Source: Escherichia coli
GTDB taxonomy: Bacteria > Pseudomonadota > Gammaproteobacteria > Enterobacterales > Enterobacteriaceae
Reading direction: 5' to 3' (one strand)
Assembly: GCF_002854065.1 (NCBI RefSeq)
Contig: NZ_CP024147.1
DNA length: 64,000 bases
Notes under the pieces: generated by a model
The model's database searches: none
What the model was told of the DNA's origin: nothing
The model's input: only the letters and a program-made list of their open reading frames with translations
Part shown: piece after piece, positions 23,854 to 37,081 of the stretch
Layout of the letters: each line of letters opens with the position of its first letter
How positions within the stretch are numbered: position 1 is the stretch's first letter
Made by a program: the position numbers and the translations under genes

Positions 23854-25518
23854 ATGTTAAAACGTATCAAAATTGTGACCAGCTTACTGCTGGTTTTGGC
23901 CGTTTTTGGCCTTTTACAACTGACATCAGGCGGTCTGTTCTTTAATGCCTTAAAGAATGACAAAGAAAATTTCACTGTTTTACAAACCATTCGCCAGCAG
24001 CAATCCACGCTGAATGGCAGCTGGGTCGCGTTGTTGCAGACGCGTAACACCCTCAACCGCGCGGGTATCCGCTACATGATGGATCAGAATAATATTGGTA
24101 GCGGTTCAACCGTTGCTGAGCTGATGGAGAGTGCCAGTATTTCGCTGAAACAGGCGGAAAAAAACTGGGCGGATTACGAAGCGTTGCCGCGTGACCCGCG
24201 TCAGAGCACCGCCGCAGCGGCAGAGATCAAACGTAATTACGATATTTATCACAATGCGCTGGCGGAGCTGATCCAACTGTTAGGTGCAGGCAAAATCAAC
24301 GAGTTCTTTGATCAGCCGACCCAGGGATATCAGGACGGTTTCGAGAAGCAGTATGTGGCTTACATGGAGCAAAACGATCGGCTCTATGATATCGCCGTCA
24401 GCGATAATAATGCCTCCTACAGCCAGGCGATGTGGATTCTGGTGGGCGTGATGATCGTCGTACTGGCAGTCATCTTCGCCGTCTGGTTCGGTATTAAAGC
24501 CTCGTTGGTAGCGCCAATGAATCGCCTGATTGACAGCATTCGTCATATTGCAGGCGGCGATCTGGTGAAACCGATTGAGGTGGATGGCTCTAATGAGATG
24601 GGGCAACTGGCAGAGAGTTTGCGCCATATGCAGGGAGAGCTGATGCGTACCGTCGGTGATGTGCGCAACGGGGCCAATGCCATCTATAGCGGTGCCAGCG
24701 AAATCGCTACCGGCAATAACGATCTCTCTTCGCGCACCGAGCAACAGGCCGCTTCGCTGGAAGAGACGGCAGCCAGCATGGAGCAACTGACCGCAACGGT
24801 GAAACAGAACGCCGAAAATGCGCGCCAGGCCAGCCACCTGGCGTTAAGTGCTTCTGAAACGGCGCAACGCGGCGGCAAAGTGGTAGATAACGTGGTGCAG
24901 ACTATGCGCGATATCTCCACCAGTTCGCAGAAAATCGCCGATATTATCAGCGTAATTGACGGCATTGCCTTCCAGACCAATATTCTGGCTTTGAACGCGG
25001 CGGTTGAAGCAGCGCGCGCGGGTGAGCAAGGGCGCGGTTTTGCGGTGGTCGCGGGTGAAGTGCGTAATCTGGCCCAGCGCAGCGCTCAGGCGGCTCGTGA
25101 AATTAAAAGCCTGATTGAAGACTCGGTGGGGAAAGTAGATGTTGGCTCTACGCTGGTCGAAAGCGCAGGGGAAACAATGGCGGAGATTGTCAGTGCCGTG
25201 ACCCGCGTGACGGACATTATGGGCGAAATTGCTTCTGCTTCTGATGAGCAGAGCCGTGGTATCGATCAGGTTGGCTTAGCGGTTGCTGAGATGGACCGGG
25301 TAACTCAACAGAACGCTGCGCTGGTGGAAGAATCTGCCGCTGCCGCCGCCGCGCTGGAAGAGCAGGCCAGTCGCCTGACCGAAGCTGTGGCAGTGTTCCG
25401 GATTCAGCAACAGCAGCAACAGCAGCGTGAAACATCGGCTGTGGTAAAAAACGTGACGCCAGCTACGCCGCGTAAAATGGCAGTGGCAGATAGCGGGGAG
25501 AACTGGGAAACGTTTTAA
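23854..25518 (+). CDS. tsr: Methyl-accepting chemotaxis protein I (serine chemoreceptor)
   Basis: Track ORF, 554 aa, ends with the NWETF pentapeptide; carries a 7-residue poly-Q tract just before the C-terminal tail. Confidence 0.95.
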   Translation: MLKRIKIVTSLLLVLAVFGLLQLTSGGLFFNALKNDKENFTVLQTIRQQQSTLNGSWVALLQTRNTLNRAGIRYMMDQNNIGSGSTVAELMESASISLKQAEKNWADYEALPRDPRQSTAAAAEIKRNYDIYHNALAELIQLLGAGKINEFFDQPTQGYQDGFEKQYVAYMEQNDRLYDIAVSDNNASYSQAMWILVGVMIVVLAVIFAVWFGIKASLVAPMNRLIDSIRHIAGGDLVKPIEVDGSNEMGQLAESLRHMQGELMRTVGDVRNGANAIYSGASEIATGNNDLSSRTEQQAASLEETAASMEQLTATVKQNAENARQASHLALSASETAQRGGKVVDNVVQTMRDISTSSQKIADIISVIDGIAFQTNILALNAAVEAARAGEQGRGFAVVAGEVRNLAQRSAQAAREIKSLIEDSVGKVDVGSTLVESAGETMAEIVSAVTRVTDIMGEIASASDEQSRGIDQVGLAVAEMDRVTQQNAALVEESAAAAAALEEQASRLTEAVAVFRIQQQQQQQRETSAVVKNVTPATPRKMAVADSGENWETF

Positions 25519-25527
25519 TCGCCATAA

Positions 25528-25560
25528 AAATGCCCGATAAGCAAAATGTTATCGGGCATA
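25528..25560. terminator. Bidirectional intrinsic terminator between tsr and yjjL
   Basis: gcccgataa-gcaaaatg-ttatcgggc hairpin flanked by A/T runs. Confidence 0.6.
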
Positions 25561-25566
25561 GGGAGT

Positions 25567-26928
25567 TTAATCTTTACGCGGGTCGTTGATCGGCTGACGA
25601 ACCAGGAAGATGTACGCCAGTGCTCCCGCTGCGGTGACGCAACCGCAGATGATTAGTGCCAGACGGAATGAGTGGGTGGTATCAACAATAAAACCAGTAA
25701 TGATCGGCGCAAAAGAGGCGCAGATGAAGCTGGCAAAGTTCTGGATACTGCCCACCGACGCCGTCATGCGAGAAGCAACTGCGACGTGGATCAAGCCCCA
25801 GCAGGATGTTCCGGCAAAGTGAATACAGAACAGTGCCATGCCAATCAGCAGAACCGCCGTCATGGATGTTGTCGCTTGCGGTACGACCAGCGTAAAGGCG
25901 GCAGAACAGAACATCCCGGCAATAATGCAGATCTTACGGCTTTTAATCGGAGCCATTCCCCCTTTGACCAGCCAGTCAGTAACGTAACCGTTGACCAGCA
26001 TCCCGGCAGCCCCAAACAGGAAAGGGATAGCCGCCATCAACCCTGTGCTTTTTAAATCCAGGTTATAGGCTGTTTGCAGGTAACCAGGAAGCCAGGCCAG
26101 ATACAGCCACGCAGTGTAGTTGATGCCACTGAATCCGAGCATCATTCCCCACATTGTGCGGTTACGGAACAGGCTGCGCCATTCGGCAAAACTGAGCGGA
26201 TCTCGGCGGGCATTGACGCTACCTGCATTGAGATAAGCTTGTTCAACGGCAGTCAGTTCTACGTGCTCGCGGTTGCGATAGAGCATATACCAGCCAATGG
26301 CGAGAAAAATCCCCAGCACACCAATGGTAATAAACATCCCACGCCAGCCCATCACCAGCATCATCGCCGCCAGAATCGGTGGGCTTACGGCAACGCCAAT
26401 GGTAGAAGCTGCGTTGAAGAAGCCCATCGGGCGTCCGCGCTCTTTGATGTTGAACCAGTCGTTAATGACTTTTACGCCACATGGGTTCATCGGCGCTTCA
26501 CCAATCCCCATACCGATACGCACCAACACGAACTGCGTAAAGCTGTGCACCATGCCAGACATGGCCTGGAACAGTGACCAGAAGAACATCCCCAGTCCCA
26601 GCATCAGGCGTGGGCCTTTACGATCCAATAGTGGGCCGCAAGGAAGTTGCGCAATCCCGTAAGCGAGTGAAAACACGGAGAGCAAAGCGCCGATTTCGGT
26701 GGCACTTAATCCCAATTCTTCACGAATCGTTAAATTTGCTACCGACAGCGAACTGCGGTCGAGATAATTGATTACCGCCGCAAAAAATAATAACAACATG
26801 GCGGTGGTTTGAATGCGTTTAATTCGGGTACTGCGTTGAACTAATCCATCTGGTGGCACGGGAATATCTGCCGACGAAGATGGAGTAAATGAAGAACGCG
26901 GATCGAGGGTGATATTTTCTTTTTCCAC
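25567..26928 (-). CDS. lgoT: MFS transporter YjjL (L-galactonate transporter LgoT)
   Basis: Track ORF, 453 aa, MFS signature. Confidence 0.85.
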   Translation of the reverse strand: MEKENITLDPRSSFTPSSSADIPVPPDGLVQRSTRIKRIQTTAMLLLFFAAVINYLDRSSLSVANLTIREELGLSATEIGALLSVFSLAYGIAQLPCGPLLDRKGPRLMLGLGMFFWSLFQAMSGMVHSFTQFVLVRIGMGIGEAPMNPCGVKVINDWFNIKERGRPMGFFNAASTIGVAVSPPILAAMMLVMGWRGMFITIGVLGIFLAIGWYMLYRNREHVELTAVEQAYLNAGSVNARRDPLSFAEWRSLFRNRTMWGMMLGFSGINYTAWLYLAWLPGYLQTAYNLDLKSTGLMAAIPFLFGAAGMLVNGYVTDWLVKGGMAPIKSRKICIIAGMFCSAAFTLVVPQATTSMTAVLLIGMALFCIHFAGTSCWGLIHVAVASRMTASVGSIQNFASFICASFAPIITGFIVDTTHSFRLALIICGCVTAAGALAYIFLVRQPINDPRKD

Positions 26929-27141
26929 GCCGGACTCCTGTATTTATAATTTTAATTGTTTACGTAATTGTGCATTACGCAAGGTTGACATTAACGGCAG
27001 GTTAAAGTTTTAGGACTTTACTACCGCTCACAAAAACATTTTTAGTCGACTGATTGTGAGCATAGGTAAGCGGGAATTTCCCGGTATTTATCTTTTGATA
27101 AAACCGTGCACCGCTAATAGTTTGCTGTTTTTAATCCGTAC

Positions 27142-28056
27142 TTAATGAGCATAACGCGTGTTCTCATTAATGGATCGAATCATTGATTGTTTAGCTGAAT
27201 TCAAATGGTTACGGAGCGCAAGGGTGGCATCAAGGTCACTGCGGCAAATCAGAGCGCTGAGAATGGTCATATGCTCATCGACGGCAATGATATTGCGCTG
27301 TTTAAGATCGCTTTCGTCCCATTGATAGTGAAAATGAAAGATGACTGAGATGATCTCAAGAGATTGATCAAAAAAGATATTGTCGGCAGCTGAAAGCAGT
27401 AAGGAGTGAAAATCTCTGTCAAGTTGCGAGAACATGCGAAAGCTATTGCCGATGTTGTCACGCAGTAGCCGATGACGTTCGAGCATGGTTTTCGCCTGCA
27501 GCCAGCGGGGATCATGATCAGGCAGGTTGAGAAAGTGCTGAAGTGAATGTGTTTCGAGCATTTCGCGTAGTTCAAACAGCTGCTCGGCGTAGGATTGATC
27601 GAATTGCTTCATGCTCCACTGGCCGCGCTTTTCGCTTTGAATAAGATTATAACGGCCGAATTTTAAAAGATATTCTCTTACTACAACCGGGCTGACACCC
27701 GCGGGCCGAGCCAGTTGCAGTTCAGAAAAAGTTTCCCCAGGGCGTAACTGGCGCTGGTTTATCATCGTGAAAAAAGCCTGCTCAAACACTTTGTTTTGTT
27801 CACTCATTGAAGCGGTAGTACAGGCGAAACCGTCATCATGGTCAGGTTTACGCGCAATCACATAGTCGTTTCCAACCTGCGTTAAGACGCCGCATTCGCG
27901 TAAGTGGCTGAGAATATGACGCACTGTAGTGCGGCTGATGTTGTACATTTCCGCCAGCGCACTTTGCGATGGAAGTGGGGAAGGGATATGACCCCGCACC
28001 ATATCATCAATGACCTGGTTAATCACATTGTGGCGTAAATTTTGTGAACGACTCAT
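27142..28056 (-). CDS. lgoR: GntR-family regulator YjjM (LgoR)
   Basis: Track ORF, 304 aa, HTH near the N-terminus (LAEMYNISRTTVRHIL). Confidence 0.85.
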   Translation of the reverse strand: MSRSQNLRHNVINQVIDDMVRGHIPSPLPSQSALAEMYNISRTTVRHILSHLRECGVLTQVGNDYVIARKPDHDDGFACTTASMSEQNKVFEQAFFTMINQRQLRPGETFSELQLARPAGVSPVVVREYLLKFGRYNLIQSEKRGQWSMKQFDQSYAEQLFELREMLETHSLQHFLNLPDHDPRWLQAKTMLERHRLLRDNIGNSFRMFSQLDRDFHSLLLSAADNIFFDQSLEIISVIFHFHYQWDESDLKQRNIIAVDEHMTILSALICRSDLDATLALRNHLNSAKQSMIRSINENTRYAH

Positions 28057-28194
28057 ATTTTCCTCCTTGTGAGTCCATTAAAACCCGATTTAAAACATTT
28101 TTATGCGTGTGTTTTCACAAAACAGATTTTCCGTTCCGCTGCCATTTTTCATTTTTATTGATATCTAAGGCAACAAAAAATGGAGAGCCGAATC

Positions 28195-29217
28195 ATGTCT
28201 ACGATGAATGTTTTAATTTGCCAGCAGCCGAAAGAATTAGTCTGGAAACAACGCGAGATACCTATTCCGGGTGACAATGAAGCATTAATAAAAATTAAGT
28301 CTGTCGGGATTTGTGGTACCGATATTCATGCCTGGGGTGGAAATCAACCATTTTTTAGTTATCCACGTGTTTTAGGCCATGAAATATGTGGGGAGATTGT
28401 TGGGCTGGGTAAAAATATTGCTGATCTTAAAAATGGTCAGCAAGTTGCTGTGATCCCTTATGTTGCCTGTCAGCAATGCCCGGCGTGTAAAAGCGGGCGT
28501 ACCAATTGCTGTGAAAAAATTTCAGTCATTGGCGTGCATCAGGATGGCGGTTTTAGTGAGTATTTGAGCGTGCCGGTGGCGAACATTTTGCCCGCAGACG
28601 GTATTGACCCGCAGGCGGCAGCATTGATTGAACCTTTCGCTATTAGCGCTCATGCGGTGCGTCGCGCAGCCATTGCTCCCGGCGAGCAGGTGCTGGTGGT
28701 CGGGGCGGGGCCAATCGGTCTGGGCGCGGCGGCAATCGCTAAAGCCGATGGCGCACAGGTGGTGGTGGCGGATACCAGTCCGGCGCGCCGTGAACATGTG
28801 GCAACGCGTCTGGAATTACCTTTACTGGACCCGTCAGCCGAAGATTTTGACGCGCAGCTACGGGCGCAGTTTGGTGGTTCGCTGGCGCAGAAAGTGATCG
28901 ACGCGACAGGTAATCAACATGCGATGAATAACACCGTGAATTTGATTCGTCACGGCGGCACGGTGGTATTTGTCGGCCTGTTTAAAGGTGAGTTGCAGTT
29001 CTCCGATCCGGAATTCCATAAAAAAGAAACGACGATGATGGGCAGCCGCAACGCCACGCCGGAAGATTTTGCTAAAGTCGGTCGACTGATGGCGGAAGGA
29101 AAAATCACTGCCGACATGATGTTAACCCATCGCTATCCGTTCGCCACGCTGGCAGAAACCTACGAGCGCGATGTGATTAACAATCGTGAGTTGATTAAGG
29201 GTGTAATTACTTTCTGA
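28195..29217 (+). CDS. lgoD: Zn-dependent L-galactonate 5-dehydrogenase YjjN (LgoD)
   Basis: Track ORF 28180..29217 trimmed to MSTMNVLICQQPKEL..., 340 aa, MDR zinc motif GHEICGEIV and GAGPIG Rossmann motif. Confidence 0.85.
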   Translation: MSTMNVLICQQPKELVWKQREIPIPGDNEALIKIKSVGICGTDIHAWGGNQPFFSYPRVLGHEICGEIVGLGKNIADLKNGQQVAVIPYVACQQCPACKSGRTNCCEKISVIGVHQDGGFSEYLSVPVANILPADGIDPQAAALIEPFAISAHAVRRAAIAPGEQVLVVGAGPIGLGAAAIAKADGAQVVVADTSPARREHVATRLELPLLDPSAEDFDAQLRAQFGGSLAQKVIDATGNQHAMNNTVNLIRHGGTVVFVGLFKGELQFSDPEFHKKETTMMGSRNATPEDFAKVGRLMAEGKITADMMLTHRYPFATLAETYERDVINNRELIKGVITF

Positions 29218-29296
29218 TAAGGCGAGATTATTAAAGTTGCCATGCAGCGTCCGGGGAAGTGTTGGGCGCTGTTTTTTTTCTGTTTCTCAATGATGT

Positions 29297-29345
29297 TTTG
29301 TAGGCCGGAGAAGATGTGTAGGTCGCACCTTATGCGACCTACACA
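29297..29345. repeat. REP-like palindromic element downstream of lgoD
   Basis: tgtaggccgga... plus palindrome tgtaggtcgcaccttatgcgacctaca. Confidence 0.4.
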
Positions 29346-29356
29346 TCAGTCAGAAA

Positions 29357-31648
29357 TTACCCTTCACGTTCCACAACTTTAATTTCCACCATGCCGATCC
29401 CGAGCTTACGCGGAGAGTGTCCGAGGATATTCCCTTCGTTGGTTGAGACAGGTTCCGGCGGCACAATTACCAGTGTGTCGGCATCGGTTGGGTTATCGAA
29501 ATGCAGTGTGGTGGTGGTCACTTCATTGCCCAGCACAAGAGTTTGTTCTTCATTGCCTACGCGTACCGGAATAGGACGGCTGGCGTTATTGCCGTATGCT
29601 TTGGCGGTAATCACCAGGTCAAATTTCTTCGGCAGCGGATGCTTGTACTCGATTTTTACTTCATCGCCCAGCTGCGCGTTGGACCAGCGGCCCCACGACT
29701 CTGGACGGGAAATCCCACTAAACTGTTTCACCTCTTCTGGCGCACCGGCGACGTTGAAGATGAAACTGTCGGCTTTGTAGCGAATATCGTTATCAACAAT
29801 TTTCAGCGTATCGACATTGCCTTTATAACGCGCCATGTCGATGACCGTATCTTTAAATGCCGTTTTGCCCTGCCATGTTGTTTTGTCAACATGCTGAACA
29901 ATTTGCTGACCGCCAAGCTGCCCTTGCGAGACACACCAGTCGGTGGAGAGTGCCAGTTCCGGAGCCCAGAGTTGTGCCATCTTATAGCAACGGTCAACCC
30001 AGACGAAATTGTCGCGTGGAGCGAAATCGGCCAGCTGGAAACGCAGCGGTGCTGAGTATTCGCTTTCCGGCAGCGGTTCCACGCGTTTGTCTGAAACCCG
30101 CAACAGCAGTGGCAAACGGAAATGGCTACCCGAGAAGGCAATCATGTTTTTCTGCTGGTCGATGGTGAACTCTTTCATCTCTTTAGGGAATTTCCACAGG
30201 CGGATGATATCCGGCTTCCACGCCAATGTTTTCTCTTTGATATTGAGGAAGATTTCCGACATTGACTGCCCGGATAAACTGCTACGACCAAGTCCGAGAT
30301 AGTTATCGCCACCGAGAATGTCCAGCACCGTCGCGCCGTTATCCATCGTGTTACGCTTCACTGCCAGCGTCTCTTGCTGCGGCTTGTCGCCACGAATGAC
30401 AAAAAACAGGTTATTGCGATCCTGCTTATTAAGGTATTTCCACGCCGTGTTGTTCATCGCTAAATGGTCAGAAGAGACGACGATGACGGTATCTTTAAAC
30501 CACGGTGACGCTTTGATTTTGTTGATAAACGCCGCGATATTCTCCTGGCTGCAACTTACCGCGCTGAATGACTGGTTCGGCTTACCGTCAAAATCATATT
30601 TTTTGCGGTTACAGGTACGCGAGATAAAACCATCCGGGTGATGGGTATCGACTGTCAGGGTAAACAGTGAGAATCGCTGACCTGAGCGGGAAAGCTCTTC
30701 AAACTTTTTCCACGCTTCATCGAGAACGGTATCGTCGTAGAATCCCCAGTCGTTGCGATAGTGCGGGTCGGCCACCACGCTTTTCAGCTCTTCTGAGCCG
30801 TATAAGTGGTCGAAGCCATGCGACTTCAGGAACACATCTTTACCGGCAAAACGCAGATTCGCGCCCTGCACGAAATAGTTCTGATAACCCGAGTTTTTCA
30901 GGATATCGCCCAGACAGATGTTCTGCGGGAAGAAGCTGGAGACAGAGGCGGAGGCGTTGCCTTCAAAGGGGGCAAACAGCGGTATGCCGCACTGAGAAGC
31001 CACCATGCCCGCAATCGTGTAATCCGTTCCTGGCAGCTGCTGCGTGTGGCTGAAATCCAGGCCTTCATTTTTCAACGCGCCCAGTTCAGGCGTGAGATCC
31101 GGGAAAGCTTCGTTATCAAAATAGGTCCGCTCGAGACTTTCGCCGTAGATATAAACCAGGTTGAGTTTCGGGTCAGGGATAGTTTTCGACGGCTCTTTAT
31201 AATAAGCCGCAAAGTCCGGGTCGCCATCGCGTGACTGGGATTTCACCAGTTCCGTTATCTGACGAAATGCCGGGCTGGCATCCACTGAACCCAGCGCCAG
31301 TAAGAGTGCCAGCAGGCTGTAACCAAAATGGTGCGGATGATGGCGACGACGGCGCAGGATCCAGCCCAGCGCACCGAACACCGCCGTCAGCCCCAGCACA
31401 ATGCCGATACCCGGAAGAATGTATTTGCTGACACCAGCACCGGTCAGGCTGTTGGTTAAGGTATAGAGAACCGCGTCGTTAATACCATCGCCAGTAAAAT
31501 AGTCGCTGGCAAACAGGGTGATATTTAAAACGACAAATAGCCCCAGCACCGTTAACGTGGCTGCAAACCACCAGGTGTTACGTCCCGCTTTCCATGCGTA
31601 AATCAGCACAGAGGCGAGAAAAAGGGCGAAAGAGAGTAGTTCTGACAA
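29357..31648 (-). CDS. opgB: Phosphoglycerol transferase I (osmoregulated periplasmic glucan biosynthesis)
   Basis: Track ORF, 763 aa, N-terminal TM segments plus sulfatase-like domain. Confidence 0.9.
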
Positions 31649-31901
31649 CGGGCGATCCTCACTAAACCGGGCCGTTTAGCCAACGTTTAAGCTTTTTGAG
31701 AAGCACAATGTAATGGCGTCGCCATATTGCTGCAATTCTAGTGTCAAAAAAATGCGATGTTGTTAGGAATTAGTTTATAAACAGACTTTTTTGATTACGG
31801 TCGCTTCCCGTGTAACAGGGGGAAAACCGTCCAGGAGCAGGGAAAAGGGCAGGAGAGAGCCGCGTCAGCCGGGTAACAGCTAAAACGCGGCGTTTCGCGG
31901 T

Positions 31902-32399
31902 TCAGGAAATGAAGTTCAGCCCCTGCTTTAACACCAGATCGCAGGCTTTGGTTTTCACCTTTTCTGCCAGCGGAGTCGTTCCGATATTATCCAGATTGAG
32001 TTGCTGACCATCTTTAGTTTTCAGCAAACCCTGAATGCCATCCAGATAGTTGGTGTCTTCTTTTTGCTCTTCACTGTTCAGGCCCAGTTTTTCCAGTACC
32101 TGATTCTTGATGTTTTCGGCATCGGTTACCGACGCCAGCTTTTGCTTCGCGCAGTATTGCAGAATGCCTGCGGCATTGTTCATGTTATCTGCGCTTAAGG
32201 CCTGGTTTCCGCTGCTAAGCAAGTTAGTTAATGACGCGAGCGACCAACCGCCTTCCTGTGTCGTGCTGTTTTGGTTGCCAAGTTCGCTGGCGGCGCTGGA
32301 GAGCGCATCTTTCCAGGACGCAGCATGCACCCCGGTGGAAATTAATGCGCTGGCGGCAATGGCACAGCACAGAAGATGTTTAACAGTTTTCATCATCAT
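31902..32399 (-). CDS. yjjA: Secreted protein YjjA (DUF2501)
   Basis: Track ORF, 165 aa, signal peptide MMMKTVKHLLCCAIAASALISTGVHA; the true start may be the 2nd or 3rd ATG. Confidence 0.75.
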   Translation of the reverse strand: MMMKTVKHLLCCAIAASALISTGVHAASWKDALSSAASELGNQNSTTQEGGWSLASLTNLLSSGNQALSADNMNNAAGILQYCAKQKLASVTDAENIKNQVLEKLGLNSEEQKEDTNYLDGIQGLLKTKDGQQLNLDNIGTTPLAEKVKTKACDLVLKQGLNFIS

Positions 32400-32444
32400 T
32401 ACTCAAGGTGGAATTGTGTCGCAGTATACCGCCAGAAACGGGGA

Positions 32445-33182
32445 TTAATACTCTTTACCTGTTACCCGGCTACGGTAGCTATCCCAGTTGAAGATCACCC
32501 ACAAACTGTTACCCAGGCGCATACGGTCCATCACGCGTTCGCCCAGCAACTTGGTCATCTCTTCCATATTACTGTTGGTCAGCATCCCGGTTGGGCGTTT
32601 GGAAGAAGAGCGGCGATCGACGATCTGGTTGATGATCACTTTTTCGTATTTCGATTCGGTCTGCACGCCGATCTCATCGATCACCAGCAGATCAACGTTG
32701 CTCAGATCGTTAAGCAGTTGTTCTTCACTGGTACCGCTATTCCTGAAGGTATCTTTCATCGCCGACATAATATCGGCCACGGTGATGATCAATACGGATT
32801 TACCGCGTAGCAGCAGCTCGTTGCAGATTGCCGCCGCCAGATGGTTTTTGCCGGTTCCTGGCTTACCAGAAAAGATGAAGCTGGCGATGTTGCCGTCAAA
32901 CTCTTCGACATACTGGCGCGCTTTGCTTAACGCATTCATCTGCCCTTCACACTCAACGCGATAGTTCTCAAAGGAGCAGTTCTGATGCAGTGGACGAATA
33001 CCGGAGCGGTTAAAGGTGCGCTGCATTTTCATCGCCCGATTTTCACGTTCGAGAGCGGCGGAGCGGATCGCCCCTTGTTCTTTCTGCCAGGCCAGTAACT
33101 CTTCACCCGTTTTGAATGCAGGTTTGATATGGGCAGGCATCATTTTTTGCAGGCGTTGCATCAGGTCGCCAACGTTTTTCAT
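32445..33182 (-). CDS. dnaC: DNA replication protein DnaC (helicase loader)
   Basis: Track ORF, 245 aa, Walker A GKPGTGKNHLAAAI. Confidence 0.95.
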   Translation of the reverse strand: MKNVGDLMQRLQKMMPAHIKPAFKTGEELLAWQKEQGAIRSAALERENRAMKMQRTFNRSGIRPLHQNCSFENYRVECEGQMNALSKARQYVEEFDGNIASFIFSGKPGTGKNHLAAAICNELLLRGKSVLIITVADIMSAMKDTFRNSGTSEEQLLNDLSNVDLLVIDEIGVQTESKYEKVIINQIVDRRSSSKRPTGMLTNSNMEEMTKLLGERVMDRMRLGNSLWVIFNWDSYRSRVTGKEY

Positions 33183-33184
33183 CG

Positions 33185-33724
33185 TTACCCTCTGAATCCT
33201 GGTGGAATTTGGCTGTCAGGTTCGCTGACCGTATTCACATCTCGTTTCGGCAGTCCGCCGTTGCTGGCACGACCGATTTGCAGGCTGCGCGCCAGTTTTT
33301 GTTGCCACTGCACATGGTGAAAGACTTTACCTTCCGCCTGCCAGTAGGCAATGAATGAGGCCAGTTCTTCGGTGGTCACCGGCTCTCTTAGCGCCACGCC
33401 CCATAGCGCCGCCAGGCGGATAAAGTCGGCATCGGGTTGCCAGTCCGGATACATGGCGAATTTCCCCATGGGGACAGCAACGGGAGCGGCTTGCGGTTCC
33501 TGATAGAGTTGATCGTCCAGAGCGACATCGCTTCCCGGACGCGCCAGCTTTTCTTCCAGCGCCAGCAGTTCAGCCAGGCGTGCAGGCGTGACGGCATAAA
33601 ACGCCGGGGCATTGTTAGCAAATACGGCAACCACACCGCCTTCAGCTTTTGCCAGAACGGTTTGGTGATCGTGTACCAGGGCGTCAATACCAACGACGTC
33701 CGGGGTCAAAACTCTGGAAGACAT
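33185..33724 (-). CDS. dnaT: Primosomal protein DnaT
   Basis: Track ORF 33185..33736 trimmed to [17 protein letters not shown]..., 179 aa. Confidence 0.9.
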
Positions 33725-33830
33725 ACTGTTTCTCAAATATGGAACGATGAACGAGAAGGGAGATAACTTTTATAGTAACACACGGAGGAGAGGAGGCTGT
33801 CTCTCATCCGTGTGCTTAAGCGAGGCAATT

Positions 33831-35065
<1,235 letters not shown>

Positions 35066-35683
35066 AACTCGCCCTTTGTCATAGACGTGCTGCGTATTGT
35101 TCAGATAATGAGAATCCATTTGTATCATGAAGCACGGTTGTTTTGCGGTAGGTTAAGATCAAAATTGCGCTGATTAATCCTGGTTATCGGGACAAGCTCG
35201 GTGATAAAAAGCGAATTATCTCTCGTCGCAAACAAACTATCACATGAATATTATCACCATAATGAATTTATTGTTTGTCCTTTACGAACCAGAATAATAG
35301 ATAACCGGGCACGTTTTTTAATGTTAACAAGTTAAAATCATCAGATTTCATTGAATAAATATTGGTTGTGTGATTTTTCATTCTGCGGGAAGGGATATCA
35401 TTTAATTATAAATTAAATGAATGTGATTTCTGTTTTTCATTAAGTATTCCTAACAACTTAATGTAGATATTTTAAATGTCTCCAGGCTATTTCACCAGGT
35501 TATCATTTGATGCTAACCTTCTGACACATGCAGTGGAGTTGTTGTGCAGCAGGAGTATGCTGATATGAAAGTGAATGCTAAGGATAATTTATTCGCTTAA
35601 TCTATTAATTTGCTGGAAACATTTAAGGAATGAATATCCTGAATAAACCATCATAATTTTTAGGCAGTGGATGTGGAGGAAAT
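35066..35683. promoter_or_regulatory. 618 bp AT-rich divergent yjjP / yjjQ-bglJ control region (H-NS-type silenced locus)
   Basis: Very AT-rich with no ORF of 60 aa or more; silencing by H-NS is from established knowledge, not seen in sequence. Confidence 0.4.
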
Positions 35684-36409
35684 ATGTTGCCAGGATGCTG
35701 CAAAAATGGAATTGTTATCAGTAAAATACCTGTTATGCAAGCAGGGTTAAAAGAGGCCATGAGGACTCACTTCCCTGAATATGAAATAATATCCAGCGCC
35801 TCTGCGGAGGACCTTACCTTATTACAATTACGTCGTTCCGGATTAGTCATTGCTGATTTAGCCGGTGAAAGTGAAGATCCACGTTCTGTTTGTGAACATT
35901 ATTATTCTTTAATCTCACAATATCGGGAAATTCACTGGGTTTTCATGGTGTCACGCTCCTGGTATTCCCAGGCAGTAGAACTGCTCATGTGCCCTACGGC
36001 GACGTTATTGTCTGATGTTGAACCCATTGAGAATCTGGTCAAGACCGTACGTTCCGGCAATACGCACGCAGAGCGTATCAGCGCCATGCTGACCTCCCCG
36101 GCAATGACTGAAACTCATGATTTTAGCTATCGCTCCGTCATTCTCACTCTTTCAGAGCGCAAGGTACTGCGGCTATTAGGTAAAGGATGGGGCATCAACC
36201 AGATAGCTTCATTGCTTAAGAAAAGTAATAAAACTATCAGCGCCCAAAAAAACAGTGCGATGCGTCGACTGGCAATTCACAGCAACGCTGAAATGTATGC
36301 ATGGATAAATAGCGCGCAGGGTGCAAGAGAACTTAACTTGCCTTCTGTTTATGGAGATGCCGCAGAATGGAACACAGCCGAATTAAGAAGAGAAATGTCG
36401 CACTCATAG
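35684..36409 (+). CDS. yjjQ: LuxR/FixJ-family regulator YjjQ
   Basis: Track ORF, 241 aa, GGAGGA Shine-Dalgarno, C-terminal LuxR HTH ([23 protein letters not shown]). Confidence 0.85.
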   Translation: MLPGCCKNGIVISKIPVMQAGLKEAMRTHFPEYEIISSASAEDLTLLQLRRSGLVIADLAGESEDPRSVCEHYYSLISQYREIHWVFMVSRSWYSQAVELLMCPTATLLSDVEPIENLVKTVRSGNTHAERISAMLTSPAMTETHDFSYRSVILTLSERKVLRLLGKGWGINQIASLLKKSNKTISAQKNSAMRRLAIHSNAEMYAWINSAQGARELNLPSVYGDAAEWNTAELRREMSHS

Positions 36410-37044
36410 AAAAATGCGTCATGAGTAGTATCGGTATTGAGAGTTTATTCAGAAAGTTTGCGGGCACCCCTTATAAGCTCCATACCTATACCAGTCAGGA
36501 GTCATTTCAGGATGCCATGTCGCGGATCTCGTTTGCGGCGGTCATTTTTTCTTTTTCTGCCATGAGAAGTGAGCGCAGAGAGGGATTATCTTGCCTGACT
36601 GAACTGGCGATTAAGTTTCCGCGTACCCGGCGTTTAGTTATTGCGGATGATGATATTGAAGCTCGGCTGATTGGTTCATTGTCGCCATCACCGCTGGACG
36701 GTGTATTAAGTAAAGCGTCAACGCTGGAGATTTTTCATCAGGAACTCTTTTTGTCATTAAATGGTGTACGTCAGGCGACCGACCGACTGAACAATCAGTG
36801 GTACATTAACCAAAGCCGGACGCTAAGCCCGACGGAGAGAGAAATATTGCGCTTTATGTCGCGTGGCTACTCAATGACACAAATTGCCGAGCAGCTTAAA
36901 CGCAATATCAAAACGATCCGCGCGCATAAATTTAATGTGATGTCGAAACTGGGCGTCAGTTCTGATGCAGGATTGTTGGAGGCCGCAGATATTCTGTTAT
37001 GTATGCGGCATTGCGAAGCAAGTAATGTGTTGCATCCCTATTAA
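36367..37044 (+). CDS. bglJ: LuxR/FixJ-family regulator BglJ
   Basis: Track ORF, 225 aa, overlaps the yjjQ 3' end by 43 nt; C-terminal LuxR HTH ([25 protein letters not shown]). Confidence 0.85.
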   Translation: MEHSRIKKRNVALIEKCVMSSIGIESLFRKFAGTPYKLHTYTSQESFQDAMSRISFAAVIFSFSAMRSERREGLSCLTELAIKFPRTRRLVIADDDIEARLIGSLSPSPLDGVLSKASTLEIFHQELFLSLNGVRQATDRLNNQWYINQSRTLSPTEREILRFMSRGYSMTQIAEQLKRNIKTIRAHKFNVMSKLGVSSDAGLLEAADILLCMRHCEASNVLHPY

Positions 37045-37081
37045 TCCGCATGATGCCGGGTTTACTTCCCCGGCAGTGCTT

